This document shows, one piece after another, positions 55,182 through 64,000 of a stretch of DNA of 64,000 nucleotides. Origin of the DNA: Octopus vulgaris (taxonomy: Eukaryota). The first letter of the stretch is position 1, and every line of letters begins with the position of its first letter. Position numbers and translations under genes: made by a program. The DNA lies in assembly GCA_951406725.2 (NCBI GenBank), contig OX597823.1:64356001-64420000 (forward strand). The letters are read 5' to 3'. Under the pieces are notes generated by a model. That model saw only the letters and a list, made by a program, of their open reading frames with translations, made no database searches and was not told the DNA's origin.

Positions 55182-56514
55182 TTAATAATAATAATAAAAC
55201 AACAATGATGATGATGATGATGATGACAATAATGACGACGATAATGTTGATGATGGTAGTGGTGGCAGTGGTAATGTTGGTGCGTTGGTGATGACAGTGG
55301 TGGTAGTGATGATGATGATGATATAAATTTGTAAAGAGTGTGAGGCGAAAATGAGATTTTCACTTCCTTCATAAAGCGTTGTGAAACAAAAACCCTGTAG
55401 GGTAATAATGCTTACAAGTTTAAACTCTTTCATGCCTGCATTTCTAATGAAACACTTAACTTATTGTGTACCCATAATTTTCAAAAATAATTTGGAAGAA
55501 TTTTACGAAAAACTAAATACTTCATTATTAATCGGATATTTGAGACACAATTTTTACAAAGCGTTCTTGGATAAAACAATGAGTGGATGTGTTAATTAAA
55601 ATATGAGCACTTTTATCAAAAATGCCAGAGGCATTTTCGGTATGGTTTGGAACAAAATGTGAATTCAAAATGACTTGTAAGAACTGAGGTTGAGGTGTAA
55701 AAGCCAAAGATATGCTGTGCGTAAACATGCAGGAAACTATTGCTAATGTTGTGAGGAATGGTGAGTTAGGAATAAAAGAAGAGTGGGCAGAGTTGATGGT
55801 TAGTTAAATGGCAGAATGGTGTCATGTAGTCGCAGAATCGTTTGTTTATAAAAAACAAATTTCAGTTTCTTCTCAGTATAAAATGAAATATATAACCTCA
55901 AAACATGTCAGGATAATGTGAGAGCCTTCTATTGACTTACTTGGAAACTGTAGAAAGAAGACCAGGAAAACGAAATGCCTGAACCAGTAATCAAACTTCC
56001 ATTCCCATGAGCCATTTTAAAGATAATGATGGCAGTGGGACCACTGTTAATTTCCCGGAATTTCAATGAATGGGTATGTAAGATCAATTATATCATTTGG
56101 TATGAGAGAAAGCTGATAAATGTGAGCTGAGAATGTAAAACTGTAAAACAGCTTTGATTTATATATGCTTTCTGAAGGAATTCTCTAAATTCAACCTAAT
56201 TTCCTAACAGTGATGGTTTTAGACAGGTGTTAACATACCCATCGAACAGAAATCAAATAGGTCTCATTTGCTGTTTGCTCCTACTTCTTTCTAGCTATTA
56301 ACAAATACTTCCATGGACTGCAAATGTGAGGTAGACTGAAAAAAATGTGGAGGAGGAGATTGGAAGGGTTGGCTTAAGAAGGGAGGATGTCCAAAACCGG
56401 GCAAGATGGCAAGATGGTGTGAGGGTGGTTGGTATGGCATTGAGGTAGATCTGGCCACCCCCGTTAACAGGGACGAAACCCTGACGATGATGATGATTAG
56501 TGGTATCAGAGACA

Positions 56515-56800
56515 ACATGAAAAATTGTCAGTGCTACTATCTGTCATTTTGTAATGTAAACAAAAGACACTGCACATCATTATCTAAATTCATCTGGAAG
56601 TTCAAACTGAACGGAGTGGAGCATACAACCCAGTGGCTTATAATAAAAGCATGTTAGACCATACGATAGAACATTGTGGGTGTGTAACTGGAGAAAACCC
56701 TGGAGATCATCACATCCAGAGTAAACATAATTAATAGACATTTTGAAGTAATTATATCATGCAAGCATAAAAGCAAGACTTCATTCCTGGAATTCAAAAA
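56515..56800 (+). pseudogene. Decayed Penelope-like GIY-YIG endonuclease C-terminus
   Basis: HCTSLSKFIWKFK....TQWLII ... LEII...IINRHFEVIISCKHKSK parallels the 61907 ORF pattern (T.L...W.L......W.V ... N.R.E....C.H..K). Confidence 0.6.
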
Positions 56801-57309
56801 GAACATTCTGAAACAAAACATGCTAACCTTCATTAGCATCTAATGGAACAAGAGAAGAACATATAAAACAACTAAGCAAAAAAACAAAAACAAAAAAAAC
56901 AATTATTTTCCTATTATCATTGTAATTAAAAAAAACCTTTAGGAGAACATCATTTATCAACTCAGACAATGAACTTCAACAACAAAATACATTTACTTCC
57001 TGACCAAACAAAATCTGAAATAATTGAGGAAGTACTCACTGTGATCAAGGTCAAACCAATGAATTATATTACCCATCATGACATCTGCATACACACCTAT
57101 AAAAACAAATCTAACAGTGCCACACACTCCTCCCACTTTTTTTTTTTATCATTACCATTCCTTTCTCTCTTTCCATCTCCTTCTGTTCCTCCCTATCAAA
57201 TTCACACAGAACTTCATAACCCTCTGCCACAGGTTCAACCATCTTAAAGTGCATGCTACATCATTATGTAGTAATTGATTTCCACATTCATCATATAAGT
57301 ATCACCTGA

Positions 57310-57543
57310 CAAAGACAGCGAGCTGGCAGAAACGTTAGCATGCCGGGCGAAATGTGTAGCAGTATTTCGTCTGTCGTTATGTTCTGAATTCAAATTCCGC
57401 CGAGGTCGACTTTGCCTTTCATCCTTTCGGGGTCGATAAATTAAGTACCAGTTACACACTGGAGTCGATGTAATCGACTTAATCCCTTTGTCTGTCCTTG
57501 TTTGTCCCCTCTGTGTTTAGCCCCTTGTGGGTAGTAAAGAAAT
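57310..57543 (+). mobile_element. SINE B, full length, with 17-bp TSD
   Basis: TSD atataagtatcacctga at 57293-57309 and 57544-57560. Confidence 0.92.
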
Positions 57544-58087
57544 ATATAAGTATCACCTGATTCCTTTAGTGCACAGTTTTTCTCTTGGATCTTACTATGG
57601 TTACTACACATTCTGAACAACTACCTCTGCTAATTTTGTTACCTGTATAACAGAAATTACTGATCAACTACACCTGGCGAGCCCACAAAGCATTTAAGAG
57701 AGTTTATTTCCAATGCACTCTTCATGTATATTGCTCCAGGGCATCTAATACATTTCAAGTATGTTCTCTATGTTTGTCTACCTGGGATTCCACATCTCTT
57801 GTGTGTCTGTAACTGGGTACAGTATGTGGAGTTTATGCCCTTTGAGGCATATTGAGCATGGCCATTTTCCCTTATGATAACTGGAATCCTGTCTTCTTTT
57901 TAATTTTTGAACCCCTTAATCTTTTCTAAGTTTGAATTTACACCTCTTGATTTCAGCTTTGCTTCCATGATTCTCTAATCCCAATGTATATTCAAGAATA
58001 ATAACCACGCACACACACATGCACAAACAGGCACACACAGATATATATATATATATATACATATATATAATGTATGTGTATGTCTCA

Positions 58088-58136
<49 letters not shown>

Positions 58137-58257
58137 ATGTATTACATGTGTGTGTGTGTATATATATATTTATATATGTATGTATATATATGTGTGTATG
58201 TATATACATATATATATGTGTGTGTGTATATGTATGTATATATATATATACATATAT

Positions 58258-59537
58258 ATCCCATAAGTTCTGTCCGAATTTTGAATAAAAAAAACAAGTG
58301 ATTAAATGTTATATTTAATTGATATTTAATCATCAATGTACTTTCCCTGATTATCTATGACTTCCTTCCATCTATTTACAAATTTTTAAATCTCATCAAT
58401 CTAAAACTCTTTTGGTTTCAAAGTGAAGAACTCAAAAATGTCAGTTTTGGTCTCCTCCTGGCTTGCGAAAGTTATGTCCCCCAAATGATGTTGTAAACTA
58501 CGAAACAAATGGTAGTCTGAAGGAGGAAGGCTGGGAGAATAAGGTGGACGAGGAATTTTTTCCCAACAAAGCTCTTTGATCTTCTGTGATGTGATCTTTG
58601 CAGTGTGGTGTCACGCATGGTCCTGATGAAGCATCACTCCTTTTCGATTCACTAAAGCGGGTCTTTTTTTCTTCAAAGCTTGGTTCAAACACTCTAATTG
58701 CTGACAGTAGACTTGAGCATTGATTGTTGCATTAGGTGGTAACAATTCAAAGTGAATTACTCCTTTGCAATCCCATCAGATAGAGAGAAGAACCTTTTTT
58801 CATGAAGTTCCCTTCTCGGTTGTAGTTGAACCTTTCCCCTTTTACCAAGCCACTGTTTATGATGTCTAACATTTTGATAGAAGATCCATTTTTCATCACC
58901 AGTTACAAGTCTATCGAAAAAGAGTGAAATGAGTTCACAAGAATGGAGAGAAGAGCAGATGTCAACTTGGGATTTGCTGTTGCTTTCGGACAATTCATGA
59001 GGCACCTATTTTACAAGTTTAGGAACCTTTCCAAGTTGTTGATGATGACGACGAATGGATGTATGGTTTGAACTAAGCTTTATTGCCAATTCTTCAACTG
59101 ATAATTCAGGATTTTCTTCAAGTAATGCCTCAAGGTGCTTATCCTCAAACTCAGCTCGACGTCATGTTTGATCTTCATCTTCAAGGCTGAAGTCTCCACT
59201 TCTGAATTTTGCAAACCATCTACTGCAAGTTCTTTCATTCAAGCATTCTTTTCTATAAACTGAGTATATGTTTCGAGTTGCTTCGGCTGCAGAGTTTCCT
59301 TTTTTGTACTCATAAAGCATTATGTGCCTTAAATGCTCTTTGGATACTTCCACATTAGAAAGGGTTTTAATCAAAGAAATCTTAATTCTATTATTCTGTA
59401 AAATAATATTTAATTTGTTTAAATATACACAAATACATAAAAATAGTTTTTAATTCCATTAGACTTTCTAAAATACTATTAAGTTTCATTCAGTTTTAAA
59501 AAGGGTAAAATCGGACAGAACTTATGGGATGACCTGA
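58258..59537 (-). mobile_element. Near-full-length mariner (DD34D-type) transposon, pseudogenised
   Basis: TIR core atcccataagttctgtccga at both ends; the left TIR has lost its outer ~7 nt. Motifs LRHIMLYEYKKG, RWFAKFRSGDFSLEDE, VPHELS, LVTGDEKWIFY, HQDHA*, PPYSPSLPPSDYHLF, GKYIDD*. Multiple frameshifts. Confidence 0.93.
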
Positions 59538-59547
59538 TATATATATA

Positions 59548-59607
<60 letters not shown>

Positions 59608-59681
59608 TGAGGGAATATTATTCCACACTTACAGGGGAAAATTCTATTTAGAAATACTAAATCAAATTTCACAAAATAATA

Positions 59682-59734
<53 letters not shown>

Positions 59735-59739
<5 letters not shown>

Positions 59740-59980
59740 AATTAGAAAAAAACACCTTTTATCAATTCAGTAATGAAAAATTAAATTATACCATCTAGAA
59801 AATTACATATTACAGAAAGATTAAATATAAGATAAAACATATAATGATGATTATGTAATGTGCAAAATAATAAATAAAATGTATATATTTGGTAGAATAA
59901 CGACACATGTTTTCTAGAAGGTATAATTTAATTTTTCATTATTGAATTGATAAAAGGTCGGTTTTTTTTCTAATTTATAT
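59735..59980. repeat. Inverted repeat in (TA)n, arms about 67 bp
   Basis: accttttatcaattca.taatgaaaaattaaattatacc.tctagaaa versus its reverse complement at 59910-59980. Confidence 0.85.
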
Positions 59981-61390
59981 ATGTATATATACAATCAACA
60001 TCATCTGAATTGGTTTTATATCCACTTTTCCATAGTTGTAAAGATCAGACAACAAAATTCATTAACACAGTTTCTTTGGTTGTATGCCTTTCTGGTCACC
60101 AAAATCCTCACTTGTTTCTGAGAAAGGTATTCTCCCATAGTCATACCACATGTTTTTCATGGAAGATTTTTCAAAGAAAGAATTGTAGTCTTTTAATATT
60201 TGTTCTATTTTTATAAGGGCCTATCTTATGGTATGCAATGGTTTGTAACTGCCTGTTCTCTTCTTCCGATTTACTCAGATTACTCTATAAGTTTTTCCTA
60301 AAAGTTTTGTTAGTCTCATCTTCATCAGCATCAAGTTTATGCAGATATCATCCACGTTACCCTCTATCATATTTTTCATTTCCAACATTGTTTCAGCTTC
60401 CATTTTGATAGTTGTCTCCAGCTGGTGAATAACTTTGGTCTTGGAGAAGTTTTAAGATGCCTGGGTCTTGTTCTTACAAAGCTGGAAACTATTAAATATA
60501 CAGAGATAACTTAGCAGCCAAAACTTTGTCTAATGTATCTTTTAATAATTTAAAATGCTTTTGTTCAACAAGACTGTTTCTTTTGTCATTTTTATCTTTT
60601 TGACTCCTTTTCAACTGGTGTTTCCTCACCACTAACATCACTGGAACTTATGACTAAGCTGGCTATTGTACATGCATCACTCATTGTTTTGCTGGTTTTA
60701 ATATTTAAAAATGATTTGTACAATATATATATACATACATACATTCATACATACATACATATGGCAGAAACGTTAGCACGCCGGGTGAAATGCGTAGCCG
60801 TATTTCGTCCGCCGTTACGTTCTGGGTTCAAATTCCGCTGAGGTCGACTTTGCCTTTCATCCTTTTGGGCTCGATAAATTAAGTACCAGTTATGCACTGG
60901 GGTCGATGTAATCGACTTAATCCATTTGTCTGTCCTTGTTTGCCCCCTCTATGTTTAGCCCCTTGTGGGTAGTAAAGAAATATATATATATATATAGATA
61001 TATATATAGCAGGTGACGCACGAGGCACAAAGTTCCTAAGAGCATTTCTCTCTCTTACTTCCACATATCTTCCTTCTTTTTCATACAAATCATTATATAT
61101 GCAAATCATACACACACACATACACACACATGGAAGCATAGGCATGGCTGTGTGGTAAGAAGCTTGCTTCTCAACCACATGGTTCTAGATTCAATCTCAC
61201 TGTGTGGCACTTTGGGCAAGTGTCTTCTACCACAAACTCAGGTCAACCAAGCCTTGTGAGTGAATTTGGTAGATGAGAACTAAAAGAAGCCCGTCATATA
61301 TATATATCTATATATATATATATATATATTGTTTGTAGAAAACCTAAATTCAGAGCAGAAACATACTCTAAGATGAAGAGTAGTATAATT

Positions 61391-61813
61391 TTTTTACTGG
61401 GGAAAGCTGGTTTATGGGATTATCCTGAGTTTCCCGTCCATAAAAGGCTTAACTTTATGACATAATGTCAGACCCCAAAACCTGTTGGCCTAAGACCTCT
61501 TCAAAATATGGATGGGGAAAGGCCTTGGTACAAATGTAAAACAAGGGGATTATCTCCCTTTGCCATTGACCCTTGACTATCGACTTCTGGCTGTGCTGTC
61601 AACATGTGGTCTCCAAAAAGCTATGAAGGTATACAATAGGGGATTATCGCCCTTTGCCATTAGCTATCAACTTCTGGTTGTGCAGCCAACTTGTGGATTC
61701 CAAAATGCCAGCAGGAATTTCCTAAAGTGCAAACATGGCCCGAATATCTTTGTTCTGGAGTTAAAGATGCTCCCTGGCTTGAGCAAGTTTTTTAGGATTC
61801 TCACACATTCAGC
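61391..61813 (-). mobile_element. Penelope-like element 3' end, inverted partner of 61880-62412
   Basis: ECVRILKNLLKPGSIFNSRTKIFGPCLHFRKFLLAFWNPQVG plus 3' UTR. Contains an extra tandem duplication of about 85 bp. Confidence 0.8.
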
Positions 61814-61879
61814 CCCAGCTTTAGCATCAACAGCAACAACAACAGCAGCACCATTGGTGACAGCAGCAACAACAACAGC

Positions 61880-62412
61880 AACAGTAACTGGTGCAACACC
61901 GACATCATGTGCCCATGGAAATACATTGGATGTACTGGGAATTCTCTCAAGCAATGCATTTCCAACCATAAATCCTCCTTCAGGGTTCCAGAAACGAGAT
62001 ATATAACATTGCTGGCCAGTCATGTCTGGCAACTAAGAGATGATGGAATCCCACACTTGATCTCATGGAAGGTCCTCAAAAACTCAGGCCCCCACATCAA
62101 TGAGATGAAGCACTGGAAGCTATGTGTAGTTGAACATGTGAGAATCCTAAAAAATGTGCTCAAGCCAGGGAGCATCTTTAACTCCAGAATGGAGACTTTT
62201 GGCCTGTGTTTGCACTTTAGGAAATTCCTGCTAGCGTTTTGGAATTCACAAGTTGGCAAAGGGTTTTACATTCATAGGTGTTTCCCTCGCTCCATATTTT
62301 GAAAAGGTCTTAGGCCAGCAGGTCTTGGGGGTCAGATGAGACACCATAGAGTTAAACCCTTTATGGACTGGAAACCCAGGGTAATCCCATAAACCACCCT
62401 TCCTTAGTAAAA
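61880..62412 (+). mobile_element. Penelope-like element fragment: GIY-YIG endonuclease plus 3' UTR with a hammerhead motif
   Basis: ORF 61907-62302: KYIGCTGNSLKQCISNHKSSF...TLLASHVWQLR...ISWKVL...KLCVVEH...FNSRME...CLHFRK. Confidence 0.85.
62328..62388 (+). ncRNA. Type I hammerhead motif in the Penelope 3' UTR (one core mismatch)
   Basis: ggggt CAGATGA gaca-ccatagag-ttaaacc-ctttatgg-actg GAAA ccc-a-ggg TA atccc. The partner copy at 61416-61476 has CTGA at the same position. Confidence 0.62.
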
Positions 62413-62415
62413 CAC

Positions 62416-62475
<60 letters not shown>

Positions 62476-62819
62476 TCTGTGTTTATCCCCCTACCATCGT
62501 TTGACAACCAATGTTGGCATGTTTACATCCCTGTAGCTTAGCAGTTTGGCAAAATGAGACCAATAGAATAAATACTAGGCATACAAAGAATAAGTTCTGG
62601 GGTCAATTTCTTTAACTGAAGGTGGTGCTCCAGCATGGCTGCAGTCATATGACTGAATCAAGTAAAAGAGTAAAAGAGAGAGAGAGAGAGAGAGAGAGTT
62701 ACCACATCAAAAAAAAAAGAATACACATACACACACATTTAAATATACAAACACATATTTACGCACACACACACACATATATATAGGTAGATAAGTAGGT
62801 AGGTAGGTAGGTAGGTAGG

Positions 62820-62898
<79 letters not shown>

Positions 62899-64000
62899 GT
62901 AGATCAATAGATAAAAGGAGGTGCTCCAGCATGGCCACACTCAAATGACTGAAACAAGTAAAAGAGTAAAAGCGTAAACAATAGATAAATAGATAGATCA
63001 ATAGATATAGAGAAATAGATATGTACATAGCTACATATGTAGTCTGGTTGGAGGTAGGCAGGAAATTAGAAAGAAAGACAAATTGATAGACAGATAGGCA
63101 TGCAGGCAAACAGGCAGACAGACAAACAGACAAGTAGGTAGGTAGGTAGGTAGGTAGGTAGGTAGGTAGGTAAGTTGGTAGGTAAGTAGGAAGTTAAGAA
63201 TGTTGGTAGGTAAATAAGTAGATAGTTAGATTGATCAACAGCCATATAGATTGCCAAGAATGTGTCTTTTGAAAATGAAACAATGTTGAAAAACTGTACC
63301 ATGACAGATTGTCTAAGCGCCGAAAGGTTTTGAAGAGTTAACAAACCTTTAACAACTTGGCCTACTTTGTGATACTTTGTAACACTATCACTACTAAAAA
63401 GTTTGGAAGAATTTTTTTTTTTTTTTTTCCAAATTTAAAAGAGGAAAAAATGTTGAAGACTGATTAAATGCAAAATAGGAAGGAATGGTTTAATATCGGG
63501 AATATTTTCATTGAAATTTATCGAAATCTTGTCGTTGTTATTAAGGAAAGCATTTTGTCAGAATCCAATATTTTACTAATTGGTTCAATTCAACAAACAT
63601 GATGATTGTTCTGATTCAAATAAGGCTCTTCATGTCCATTAACCTGAGGAAAGGGGAAAAGCGGAAATAACTGGGTGAAGCTATTATTTGCAGCAATATC
63701 CAGTGTGAATTGTTGTGGTTTACTGACAAGAAGTAGTATCGGTGGTGGTGGTGGTGGTGGTGGTGGTGGTGGATGTGGAGGTGTGGGTGAGAAGAGGTGA
63801 GAGTTTAAGTGGGTTATATGTATGCAGCAAAATAAAGGGGATTTTTTGGTATTTGGTACATAAGATAGAATTGTTTCAAGAAATGAATTACCTAGAAATG
63901 CTATCATCGTCGTCGTCGTCGTCATCGTCATCATCGTTATCATCATCGTCATCATCATCATCACCACCATCATCACCACCATCGTCATAATATTCATCAT

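Overview
AT-rich, repeat-saturated animal DNA that reads as intergenic or intronic. The SINE and microsatellite repertoire looks like an Octopus-type cephalopod genome (recalled, not searched). There is no convincing intact host gene, rRNA, true tRNA or CRISPR array, and most ORFs in the track are microsatellite artefacts. The window holds dozens of tRNA-derived SINEs from at least four families, several with clear target-site duplications (TSDs) and nesting. It also holds decayed Tc1 (DD34E) and mariner transposons, R4/Dong, RTE and CR1 LINE fragments, Penelope-like GIY-YIG remnants, non-autonomous Helitrons, and piggyBac-, hAT- and pogo-type MITEs. The most unusual signal is a set of unrelated long palindromes embedded in (TA)n tracts. 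Several carry minimal type I hammerhead ribozyme motifs, sometimes one on each strand, and two unrelated motifs share a CCGAAGA variant core. All motif and fold calls were made by eye.
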